A stretch of 64,000 bases of DNA from an uncultured Gammaproteobacteria bacterium (lineage in GTDB: Bacteria > Patescibacteriota > Microgenomatia > UBA10105 > UBA927), in NCBI GenBank assembly GCA_964356315.1, contig CAYHHA010000001.1:51299-115298 (forward strand), in the 5' to 3' direction. Both the position numbers and the translations under genes were made by a program. This document shows, in pieces, positions 48,504 through 57,217 of this stretch. The notes under the pieces are model-generated. The model saw only the letters and a list, made by a program, of their open reading frames with translations, was not told where the DNA came from and made no database searches. Positions within the stretch are counted from its first letter, which is position 1. Each line of letters starts with the position of its first letter.

Positions 48504-49977
48504 TCAATCTATCACCGCGAGTGCTCCTGGAAAATTATTGTTACTGGGGGATCACGCGATTGTCTACGGACAGCCCTGTATTGTCACTGCAGTCAATCAG
48601 CGGATGTTCGTGACGGTGTCCCAAACAAATGACGATCTATTGACCATTAACGCTCCTGATGTAGAAATTTCCGGATATCAAAAAGACATGCATGCGCTTA
48701 CCCAAGGGGATCTGCCGAAAGGGGTCAGATTTATTGAGCATGCCACCTATAATTATTTCAAAGCGTACCCGCATGAGGGTGGCGTTTCGATATCCACTGC
48801 ATCAGAATTTTCCAGCACGTTTGGTTTCGGTTCATCATCTGCGACAGTCGTCGCTGTTATAGTCTCGCTGTCTCAATTGTTTGAACAACATCTTGATAAC
48901 CGGGCGGTATTTGACCTTGCGTATAAAACGGTTTTAGATGTGCAGGGAGTTGGGAGTGGTTTTGATGTGGCCTCTGCAATCTGGGGAGGGACAATCTTTT
49001 ATTCAAACAAAGGAGAGCATATCGAGCCATTATCTATTGGAACGATTCCCTTGGTCGTCGGGTATAGTGGCACAAAAGCAGACACGACGACCATGGTCCA
49101 AAGTGTTGCCGAAAAGTATAAAGCGAATACCGAGAAAATGGACCGGATCTTTCTAGCAATCGGACAATTTGTAAACGATGCGAAAGAAAAATTACTTGAG
49201 GGCGATTGGGAGAGGGTGGGGAAGCTGATGGAGTTTAATCAGGAATACCTTCGGGACATTGGGGTTAGTACTGAAAAACTTGAAGGGATGATCCACGCAG
49301 CAAAACAAGCGGGAGCATACGGCGCAAAATTATCCGGAGCTGGAGGTGGGGATTGCATGATCGCCCTGGTCCCAGAGAGTCGTGCGCAGTCTATTTCAGA
49401 AGCTATGACAGCTGCTGGGGGACTGGTTTTGCCTGTTATCTGTGGGGCTCAAGGCGTTCGTGTTGAAACAACAGATAACCAAGATGAGCAGCTAATAGTG
49501 ATAAATGATCAGGATGAGATTATTGACTATCGATCTCGAAGTGATTGTCATTCTGATCCATCGCTTCTTCATAGAACAGTTGGCGCGGTAATACTAAATG
49601 ATTCTGGAGAAATTCTTCTGCAAAAGCGAAGTAAAACAAAAGATATGGATCCGGGGTTTTGGGGAATATCTGCAGCAGGTCATGTATCTCGTGGGCAAAC
49701 AGATGAAGAAGCGGTCAAAAGGGAAGTGAAAGAGGAGCTCGGCGTCGTAGTGGATTTTGTTTTTGTCGGCAATATGATGGTTCGAAACGAGAAAGAGTCA
49801 GAAAGGGCCGCGATATTTAAAGGGTTACATAATGGACCATTTGAAATAAATCCCCAGGAAGTTGATGAAATAGTTTTTTTGAATCCTAAAAAAATTCAGG
49901 CCCATATCGCGTCCAAAGCAATGGTGTTTACCAAAGCGGCGATCCAGGCGTTAACACTCACAGGAGCGCTTTCATGA
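48493..49977 (+). CDS. GHMP kinase (probable phosphomevalonate kinase) fused to a NUDIX/IDI-1-like domain
   Basis: APGKLLLLGDH, GFGSSSA, GSGFDVA and SGAGGGDC motifs; C-terminal HRTV...LLQKRSKTK..PGFW..SAAGH...REVKEELG. Confidence 0.8.
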   Translation: MKNNQSITASAPGKLLLLGDHAIVYGQPCIVTAVNQRMFVTVSQTNDDLLTINAPDVEISGYQKDMHALTQGDLPKGVRFIEHATYNYFKAYPHEGGVSISTASEFSSTFGFGSSSATVVAVIVSLSQLFEQHLDNRAVFDLAYKTVLDVQGVGSGFDVASAIWGGTIFYSNKGEHIEPLSIGTIPLVVGYSGTKADTTTMVQSVAEKYKANTEKMDRIFLAIGQFVNDAKEKLLEGDWERVGKLMEFNQEYLRDIGVSTEKLEGMIHAAKQAGAYGAKLSGAGGGDCMIALVPESRAQSISEAMTAAGGLVLPVICGAQGVRVETTDNQDEQLIVINDQDEIIDYRSRSDCHSDPSLLHRTVGAVILNDSGEILLQKRSKTKDMDPGFWGISAAGHVSRGQTDEEAVKREVKEELGVVVDFVFVGNMMVRNEKESERAAIFKGLHNGPFEINPQEVDEIVFLNPKKIQAHIASKAMVFTKAAIQALTLTGALS

Positions 49978-50957
49978 AAATCACCGCGCAGGCCCCAGCA
50001 AATATTGCATTTTTAAAATACTGGGGGAAAACTGATGATGCACTCCGGATCCCTGCAAACTCGTCGTTCTCGATGAATCTTTCTGAGGCAATTACCACAA
50101 CTACCGTAGAGTTTTCAGACGCACTGTCTCGGGATGTTGTTGAGTTTGAGGGGGATTCCCTTTCAGAACATGAAATAAGCCGTATTGTTCATTTCCTTGA
50201 CCTAGTTCGCGACAGAGCGGGGGTCCGCCTGTTTGCGCGAGTACGAACGAAAAATTCTTTCCCGAAAGGAGCAGGGGTTGCATCTTCTGCATCAGGATTT
50301 GCTGCGCTTGCTGTGGCATCAGTCAACGCAATCGGACTTTCTCTCTCGGAAAAGGAATTATCTATTCTTGCTCGGCTTGGATCTGGTTCCGCATGCAGAA
50401 GCATCCCTGATGGGTTTGTTAGGTGGGAAAAAGGTCAGGGGACGAGCGACACCTCCTTTGCTCACTCTGTTGCGCCAGCTGATTTTTGGGATATACGCGA
50501 TATCCTTTGCATTGTGGATCCTGCGATGAAAAAGGTGTCCACAACAGATGGGCATACATTTGCTTCAACAAGCCCATTATGGAACAAGAGAATGGAGCAG
50601 TTGCCGTCTGTTGACGTAGCCATGATGGATGCGTTTTGGAAAAAAGACTTCTCTATATTTGGGCAAATAGTTGAGGGTGAATGCGATAACATGCATGCGG
50701 TAATGCAGTCACAGACCCCTCCACTCTATTACTGGTCTGATGCGACTGTTAATATCATGGAAAAAGTAAAAGAGTGGCGCGCACAAGGGGTATCCGTTTA
50801 TTATACGATCGATGCGGGAGCCAACGTGCATGTGCTTTGCGAACAAAAAAACGAAGCTGTTGTTGCACAGCTAGCTGGGAATTGTGCGGGAGTTCTGCGC
50901 ATTGTAATAAACCGACCGGCAAACGGCGCGAGAGTAATTCACTCTCACTTATTTTAA
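49974..50957 (+). CDS. mvaD: Diphosphomevalonate decarboxylase
   Basis: NIAFLKYWGK, GVASSASGFAA, RLGSGSACRS and TIDAGANVH motifs. Confidence 0.93.
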   Translation: MKITAQAPANIAFLKYWGKTDDALRIPANSSFSMNLSEAITTTTVEFSDALSRDVVEFEGDSLSEHEISRIVHFLDLVRDRAGVRLFARVRTKNSFPKGAGVASSASGFAALAVASVNAIGLSLSEKELSILARLGSGSACRSIPDGFVRWEKGQGTSDTSFAHSVAPADFWDIRDILCIVDPAMKKVSTTDGHTFASTSPLWNKRMEQLPSVDVAMMDAFWKKDFSIFGQIVEGECDNMHAVMQSQTPPLYYWSDATVNIMEKVKEWRAQGVSVYYTIDAGANVHVLCEQKNEAVVAQLAGNCAGVLRIVINRPANGARVIHSHLF

Positions 50958-50985
50958 CCATGAACAATGAACCATGAACCATGAA
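50958..50985. repeat. Heptamer array (CCATGAA-type)x4
   Basis: CCATGAA CAATGAA CCATGAA CCATGAA from the mvaD stop into the uppS ATG. Confidence 0.9.
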
Positions 50986-51691
50986 CACTAAGTCACACAC
51001 AATTCCCAAGCACATTGCCATCATTATGGATGGAAACAGGCGGTGGGCCAAAGAGCACCATCTTCCGATTCTTGAGGGTCACAGAAGAGTTGTCGATACG
51101 ATTTTGGAGCCCCTTATCGAGCATGCGTCTGACTGTGGCATATCCTATCTGACGCTCTGGGCATGGTCAACAGAAAACTGGAAACGGGACAGCACCGAGG
51201 TTCAAGGGATTATGAATCTCCTCCGGTACGGGTTTAAAACATTTGGAAATCGAATGCACAAAAAAGGCATCCGAATACGGATCATTGGTGACACGAGTCA
51301 ATTTGATGAGGATATTCAAACGCTTCTTTCATCATATGTTGAAAAAACAAAAGAGAATACGAAGATCACTGTTGTGTTTGCTCTTAATTACGGCGGGAGA
51401 GATGAAATTATTCGAGCAATACATTCTATGAGCCAAGATCCAAGATCCAAAATCCAAGATCCAAAAATATCTGAAGAATATTTTTCACAATTTTTAGACA
51501 CTGCTGGCATTCCAGATCCGGATATCATTGTGCGAACCGGAGGAGAGAAGCGACTAAGTGGGTTTTTGCTCTGGCAGAGTCAGTATAGTGAATTGTTTTT
51601 TGAAGATTGGCATATGCCGGATTTTATCGCGGAAAAATTGGATGAGATTCTGTCCGAGTTTGAGCATCGTCAGCGGAGGTTTGGGGCGTAA
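50981..51691 (+). CDS. uppS: Undecaprenyl diphosphate synthase (cis-prenyltransferase)
   Basis: HIAIIMDGNRRWA, STENWKR, LNYGGRDEI and RTGGEKRLSGFLLWQ motifs. Confidence 0.96.
   Translation: MNTKSHTIPKHIAIIMDGNRRWAKEHHLPILEGHRRVVDTILEPLIEHASDCGISYLTLWAWSTENWKRDSTEVQGIMNLLRYGFKTFGNRMHKKGIRIRIIGDTSQFDEDIQTLLSSYVEKTKENTKITVVFALNYGGRDEIIRAIHSMSQDPRSKIQDPKISEEYFSQFLDTAGIPDPDIIVRTGGEKRLSGFLLWQSQYSELFFEDWHMPDFIAEKLDEILSEFEHRQRRFGA
51433..51467. repeat. In-CDS heptamer array (CCAAGAT-type)x5
   Basis: CCAAGAT CCAAGAT CCAAAAT CCAAGAT CCAAAAA, encoding SQDPRSKIQDPK. Confidence 0.8.
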
Positions 51692-51694
51692 GGG

Positions 51695-52039
51695 TTATCC
51701 AAAAATTGCTTTGATTGCGTCAAATCCAAAGACGAACCCAAAGATTTGCACCATCCAATACGCAGAGAAGATAATGAAGAATCCCAAAATAGCATAGGTA
51801 ATTTGTTGTTTCCCTTTTTCAAGACTTTTCGCATCTCCAGCGCTGGTTAAAAATGTGAATCCTCCCAAAAGAAGCATTAAAAGAAGTCCAATGCCACCAA
51901 ACAGAAATACCAATTTCATAGCGCTAGATACAAGACCGCCGACACCCATGCCTGCAGCGCCACCTTCGAGAGGGCCATTTACAGAAGCGGAAGTGCCTAC
52001 CCACGGAAGTGTGAGGTTTTGCGCAAGTTGTTTTATCAT
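51695..52039 (-). CDS. TrbC/VirB2-like pilin
   Basis: GGFTFLTSAGDAKSLEKGKQQITYAILGF core. Confidence 0.85.
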   Translation of the reverse strand: MIKQLAQNLTLPWVGTSASVNGPLEGGAAGMGVGGLVSSAMKLVFLFGGIGLLLMLLLGGFTFLTSAGDAKSLEKGKQQITYAILGFFIIFSAYWMVQIFGFVFGFDAIKAIFG

Positions 52040-52042
52040 AAT

Positions 52043-52507
52043 TTATTTAAATCCTGGTATTCCAATAATATTAACTCCAATAAACTGTAGGATAAATATA
52101 GAGAAAATAATCAGAAGAAGTCCTGTGATTGCAGATGTGACAAGTTCTCGACCAGCATTTAGTTGCTCTGGATTTCCGGCACTGGTCATAATCTGAAGCC
52201 CGCCAAATAAAATTAACAAGAACGCAATGCCACCCGCTATTCCCATAGCGAACCTGATTACTTTTTCCAACAAACTATTCGGATTAGATTGAATATCATC
52301 AATACAGCCAATCGCTGTCCAAACTCCTGGAGAAGTGTCATCTCCCATACAACTCTCGCAACCTGATTTTTGCTTAGGGTCTGTGATCGTGCTACAGGCC
52401 CTCGTGTTTATCTCAAAGGCCGTTTTCTCTGCTTTTACGACAAAAACATGTCCTACTAAAGCTGTGAATACTATGAAAAAAGCCGTAACAACGCCAAATA
52501 TACGCAT
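52043..52507 (-). CDS. TrbC/VirB2-like pilin with Cys-rich N-terminal domain
   Basis: C..CESC..WTAIGCI, then GGLQIMTSAGNPEQLNAGRELVTSAITGL core. Confidence 0.85.
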   Translation of the reverse strand: MRIFGVVTAFFIVFTALVGHVFVVKAEKTAFEINTRACSTITDPKQKSGCESCMGDDTSPGVWTAIGCIDDIQSNPNSLLEKVIRFAMGIAGGIAFLLILFGGLQIMTSAGNPEQLNAGRELVTSAITGLLLIIFSIFILQFIGVNIIGIPGFK

Positions 52508-52570
52508 GTCTTAAGTGTACCAAATTACCCGAGGGAAAGAAAGAATGATAGAATGGAAGAGGCCTTATAT

Positions 52571-52624
52571 AATAAGGAATAATAAATAATAAATAAGGAA
52601 TAATAAAGAATAAAATAAGGAATA
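52571..52624. repeat. Degenerate AATAAGG-type array upstream of the SpoIID-like gene
   Basis: Three AATAAGG units interspersed with AATAA variants. Confidence 0.7.
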
Positions 52625-52632
52625 CATACATC

Positions 52633-54381
52633 ATGAAGTATCAAACACAAAAAATTGCACATAGAGTGTTCCTCATTTGTATATTTGTTGCTTGTTATTC
52701 CTTATTCCTTATTCCTTATTCCTTATTCCTTATTTCCCCGGTTCACGCTGCGGAATGTGATCCAAGTTGCGCAAACGCGATTGAATGCCGGGATAAAATT
52801 GCCAAATGTAAAGAAGCATGGGATCAGATGGAGTCAGCAAAACGCCCCCATGTCGATGCGCTCAAAAAAATGGAGTCGGATATCGCGATATTTCAAAATC
52901 GCATAAAATCTATCGAAATTTCTGTTGTCCAAAAAGCCTCTGCGATCGCAAAAGGGGAAGAACAGCTCGGAGAGCTCTTGATTCTGGCAAACCGCAGGAT
53001 ACGGGAATTTTATATAAATAATACGCGATTTACGCCCCTTTCCACATTTTTAGCTTCTACATCCATAGGTTCGATGTTGCGTGTGATGGCATACCAAAAT
53101 GCTGTGGTAAACACCGATAAAAAGGCTATTACCCAAACGGCAATTTCAGTAAAAGATCTGGAGGATAAGAAAAAATCCCTCGAACAGGAAAAAAGCTCCC
53201 TTGCGTATCTAAAAGAAGAAACAGACAAGAGAGCCGCGTCCGTGCGAAAGCTCGTGGGCGATGCGGACGCATATCAGAGTAAATTAACCGGCATCATCGC
53301 AAATCTTTCCACGTTGCAACAGTCTATTTTGAGCGCAAAAACGGGGACGTTTCAAACAAGTGTCGGTGATGTTCCGCTGGCAGATGATACTGCTTCCAGG
53401 CCGGATTATAATCCTGGATTTTCACCGGCGTTCGCCGCATTTAGTTTTGGCGCCCCGCACTTTAAAGGAATGAGCCAGTATGGAGCGTTTGGGCGGGCAA
53501 AAAGTGGCCAAAATTATGAACAGATACTCAAGGCCTACTATGGATCGGGGATAGAAATACGTGATCACAATCCGGATGCACAAATAAATGTGACAGGGTA
53601 CGGATCCTACTCTTTGGAAGACTATGCAAAACGGATCTATGAAATGCCAGGTAGCTGGGGGGACGAAGGGGGAATGGAGGCTCTGAAGGCTCAGGCGATC
53701 GCGGCGAGAAGCTATGCACTGGCGCGGGGAAGCACTATTTGTGCAACCGAGAGTTGTCAGGTGTTTAAACCGGGAGCAAAAGGTGGAAAATGGGAGGAGG
53801 CGGTAAATCAAACGCGAGGGAAAGTGGTGTATGCAAACGGATCGCCATTTTCAACATGGTATGCATCAACCAGTGGAGGATATCAGGAGTCATACAGCGC
53901 AAATGGCTATACAACACCTGGGTTTTGGGATACGGCAAATGGGAGAAGTGGATGGACCAGTCAAGCGTATGAAAAAATTGGAGGAAGTCCTTGGTTTTAT
54001 AAAGGGTGGTGGAAGGATAGATCTGGAGACAGTTGTGGCAGAAGTCACCCGTGGTTAAACAGTGAAGAAATGGCAGACATCCTAAACGCATGGTCCGCCT
54101 TATTCAAAGGGGGCGGGGATAGCTCTCGAGTGACTCCGAAGGGATCGTGTTGGGGTGGGAATCCGTATAACACCGACGAACTGCGGTCGATCGGAGGATT
54201 TTCTAGTGTCTCCGGAGTGAATGTGACCTATTCCGACGGTGGCGTAACTGCTAACGTGACGTTTGAAACAAACAAAGGAAGTGTGACAATAAATGGAAAC
54301 GATTTTTATAAATCGTTTAATCTACGAGCTCCTGGGAGGATTTCTCTAAAGTCTGGACTCTATAACATTGAGAAAAAGTAA
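52633..54381 (+). CDS. Secreted coiled-coil + SpoIID/LytB domain peptidoglycan hydrolase
   Basis: Signal peptide, long coiled coil, H..GMSQYGA, YEQILKAYY and EALKAQAIAARSYA motifs. Confidence 0.85.
   Translation: MKYQTQKIAHRVFLICIFVACYSLFLIPYSLFLISPVHAAECDPSCANAIECRDKIAKCKEAWDQMESAKRPHVDALKKMESDIAIFQNRIKSIEISVVQKASAIAKGEEQLGELLILANRRIREFYINNTRFTPLSTFLASTSIGSMLRVMAYQNAVVNTDKKAITQTAISVKDLEDKKKSLEQEKSSLAYLKEETDKRAASVRKLVGDADAYQSKLTGIIANLSTLQQSILSAKTGTFQTSVGDVPLADDTASRPDYNPGFSPAFAAFSFGAPHFKGMSQYGAFGRAKSGQNYEQILKAYYGSGIEIRDHNPDAQINVTGYGSYSLEDYAKRIYEMPGSWGDEGGMEALKAQAIAARSYALARGSTICATESCQVFKPGAKGGKWEEAVNQTRGKVVYANGSPFSTWYASTSGGYQESYSANGYTTPGFWDTANGRSGWTSQAYEKIGGSPWFYKGWWKDRSGDSCGRSHPWLNSEEMADILNAWSALFKGGGDSSRVTPKGSCWGGNPYNTDELRSIGGFSSVSGVNVTYSDGGVTANVTFETNKGSVTINGNDFYKSFNLRAPGRISLKSGLYNIEKK
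52695..52736. repeat. In-CDS heptamer array (TTATTCC)x5 + TTATTTC
   Basis: 42 bp encoding YSLFLIPYSLFLIS in the signal peptide. Confidence 0.92.
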
Positions 54382-54403
54382 GTGTTTGTAGTACAATAGA
54401 AGC

Positions 54404-55063
54404 GTGCCAACTGTATTTGAGTCTTCAAAAAAAACCACACCCACCCCTTCTGATATAAAAAAATCAGATACTACTTCGATGAAGAAAGAATCGCTAGGGA
54501 AGCGGGCAATGGGTCCTCTTGCTTGTTTTGCTCTCAATCCTTCTGGCGTACGGTTTGAGACTCAAGACGAAAATGAAGTAGTTGAATTGTTTTTGAGGCA
54601 ACATTTTATCGTCAACGTTCCATGGTTGTTCACCACTCTATTTCTCTTATTTGTCCCAGCGGTGTTTGCTCCACTTTTATTTCAATCTCTCGGAGTTTTT
54701 TCTAGTATCCCGTTTGGATATGGAATTGTTGGAGCTGCATTTTGGTACACTGCCGTGTTTGGATTTGTCCTCGCAAAATTTTTAGGATGGTTTTTTAATA
54801 TCTATATCGTGACGAACGAGCGTGTGGTTGATATCGATTTTTATAATTTGCTCTATAAAAAATTTTCCCAAGCAGAGCTCGACAAGATTCAGGATACATC
54901 GTTTGAGTCGGGTGGTATCGTTGCTACATTTTTCAATTATGGAAATGTATCTGTGCAGACTGCTGGAGAGTCTCCAAATCTAGAGTTTGACAAGGTGCCG
55001 TATCCTGAGCGCGTTGTGGAAACTATCAGACGTCTTACGGAAAATAAGGAGAAAAAACCATGA
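54404..55063 (+). CDS. Membrane protein with bacterial PH domain (bPH_2-like)
   Basis: Two TMs, then YIVTNERVVD, KIQD and FNYGNVSVQTAG motifs. Confidence 0.75.
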   Translation: MPTVFESSKKTTPTPSDIKKSDTTSMKKESLGKRAMGPLACFALNPSGVRFETQDENEVVELFLRQHFIVNVPWLFTTLFLLFVPAVFAPLLFQSLGVFSSIPFGYGIVGAAFWYTAVFGFVLAKFLGWFFNIYIVTNERVVDIDFYNLLYKKFSQAELDKIQDTSFESGGIVATFFNYGNVSVQTAGESPNLEFDKVPYPERVVETIRRLTENKEKKP

Positions 55064-55278
55064 GCCCAGATGTCTTACCTGTTGTCATGTTGATCTTAAA
55101 GGTTCTCGTGATTCTATCTCTTTTGATTTATGCAGTTTTCGCTTTTGTGATGGTCAGGCAAGAACATCTCATGGAAACTGTCCTGGAGGAGAAATTTGAG
55201 CCGGTGCTTCGATTGCTTACGTATATTCACATGGCGCTGTCCATTGGGCTCATTTTATTGGCTCTCGTTCTTCTGTAA
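55060..55278 (+). CDS. Small two-TM hypothetical protein
   Basis: IYAVFAFVMVRQ..LM motif; ATGA overlap with the previous gene. Confidence 0.65.
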   Translation: MSPDVLPVVMLILKVLVILSLLIYAVFAFVMVRQEHLMETVLEEKFEPVLRLLTYIHMALSIGLILLALVLL

Positions 55279-55320
55279 TCTTTTCGTCAGCGTGACCCTT
55301 CTTCATGGTACACTAGATTT

Positions 55321-57171
55321 ATGCGGATAAAGCCTTCACTCGGTTTAGTCGTTGGTCCTGTAAATGCTACCCATTGGAGTCAAGTGTTGACTATGCCTAG
55401 CGCATACGGAGTGGTTGAGGTCCGCGATCCTTCTGGTCATGCGCAGGAGCATGGAGTTCGTGTCTTGTCCCAGTTGGGAGAAGGGCTCAATCATGAGATA
55501 TTGAGTCTTCGTGAGTTGGAAAAAATATGCGACGCTATACCCACAGAATATCTTTGTTCTTTGATTGTGTTTGTTCCTGTTGGAAAGGTCATATATTTGG
55601 TCATGAAGGGGAAAGGTATTGTGTATGTAAAACGTGGATCAGAACTTGCAAGTCTGATGCATCAGGATGGATCGATCTCCGGCGAAGTAAAAATACATGA
55701 CACCCTTCTTTTAGCATCTGAGGGGTTCTCTGGCGTACTTACTCATGAGGAGTTGTCGGGATTATTTGACCATTTGCCTCCTTCGGAAATTGCAGAAAAG
55801 CTAACACTGCTTCTTCATGAAAAAACGGGTGGAGAGGGGAGTGTCGCGCTCGTATTTGGGGTGACAGAATTTATTGATCCAGAGGTCGTGGTTCTAGAAC
55901 ACAGCGAAGACAAAAATTTTCCAAGTATCGTCGAGGAAATTTCGCCCGATAAAAAAGTGGGAGTGAAGCAGGTTGATGAGCCCGTGTCTTTGGTGTCAAA
56001 GGTCGGAAATAAATTTCTGCATGTCCCAAAAATTTCTCTAAAGGAATTGATCGCCAAGATCAAATCTCAACCAAAAATAATCACTGCGAGTTTCGCCATT
56101 GTATTTACTCTATTTTTTATTGTCAGTGTTATCTTGGGAGTCATAAAGCAGAGAAGCGTCACAATGAATCAAAAGGTTGCAGTGATATTGTCTCAGGCTC
56201 AGCATTCGCTCGATGAAGGAGTTGCTTTGGTAGAGCTTAACCCGGCGAAAGGCAGAGAACGGTTAGAAGAAGCGAAAAGGTTGGTAGAACCGCTTCGAGA
56301 AACGGTTTCCACAAGGACCATGGAAGGGAGGAGGGTTGCAGAGCTCTATAGGACAATTTCGGACAATCTGACACAGGCATTGCATATCACAAAAATAGAC
56401 CCTGTATTGTATTACGATGTATCTCTGGTCAAAAAAGAGGGAGTAATCCATTCGATGGCACGGGATGGAGAAGATTTGGTGATGTCCGATAGCGCAACCA
56501 GCACGATTTATCGCATGGATGTAGCTTCCAAAAATGCGCAAATCATCGGCGGGGGGACTGACATGAAAGGGTCGCTCCTTGTCACGTCGCACGGGAAAAA
56601 ATCCTATGCGATGACAGATGCCGGGGTTATGGAAATCTCTCCTGGCACAAAAAAGCCACTGCTTGCTATAAAAAAAGATGAAGAATGGGGGACTATTCAG
56701 TCGGTAATTTCTTTTGGTGGAAACATCTATCTATTAGATGTGATAAAAAGTCGGATTTGGAAATATGTTGCGACAGAAAAATCATTTTCAGAGCGCAGAG
56801 AGTATTTAAATCCTGACACGCTTCCTGACTTGACTCGCACCAGTGGTATGGCTATCGATGGATCGGTATTTATGGGAAATGCGGATGGATCAATACTTCG
56901 GTTTACCCAGGGGAAAGAAAATACGTTTATCGTAAAGGGTGTTGATCCAGCGTTTGGGCCTTCCCCGATTGTTTATGCAAGTGATGATGCTAAATTTATT
57001 TATGTATTGGACGGAAAAAATTCCCGTATCGTCGTGTTGGACAAAGAGGGGATGTATGTGGCCCAGTATCAATACTCAGGAGAAATACCAAAACAATTTG
57101 TGGTATATGAAGAATTAAAAAAGATAGTGCTTCTCATCGGCGGGAAGTTATACACAATAGATTTGAAATAA
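55321..57171 (+). CDS. Hypothetical protein: degenerate PP2C-like N-domain, TM, C-terminal beta-propeller
   Basis: DTLLLASEGF resembles PP2C D.LLLCSDG; TM near residues 253-275; GNIYLLD and IYVLD..NSRIVVLDK propeller strands. Confidence 0.55.
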   Translation: MRIKPSLGLVVGPVNATHWSQVLTMPSAYGVVEVRDPSGHAQEHGVRVLSQLGEGLNHEILSLRELEKICDAIPTEYLCSLIVFVPVGKVIYLVMKGKGIVYVKRGSELASLMHQDGSISGEVKIHDTLLLASEGFSGVLTHEELSGLFDHLPPSEIAEKLTLLLHEKTGGEGSVALVFGVTEFIDPEVVVLEHSEDKNFPSIVEEISPDKKVGVKQVDEPVSLVSKVGNKFLHVPKISLKELIAKIKSQPKIITASFAIVFTLFFIVSVILGVIKQRSVTMNQKVAVILSQAQHSLDEGVALVELNPAKGRERLEEAKRLVEPLRETVSTRTMEGRRVAELYRTISDNLTQALHITKIDPVLYYDVSLVKKEGVIHSMARDGEDLVMSDSATSTIYRMDVASKNAQIIGGGTDMKGSLLVTSHGKKSYAMTDAGVMEISPGTKKPLLAIKKDEEWGTIQSVISFGGNIYLLDVIKSRIWKYVATEKSFSERREYLNPDTLPDLTRTSGMAIDGSVFMGNADGSILRFTQGKENTFIVKGVDPAFGPSPIVYASDDAKFIYVLDGKNSRIVVLDKEGMYVAQYQYSGEIPKQFVVYEELKKIVLLIGGKLYTIDLK

Positions 57172-57217
57172 CCCCTTTTTCGTTTCTCTTTAGTACCGCG
57201 TGATAAAATACCTCTAT

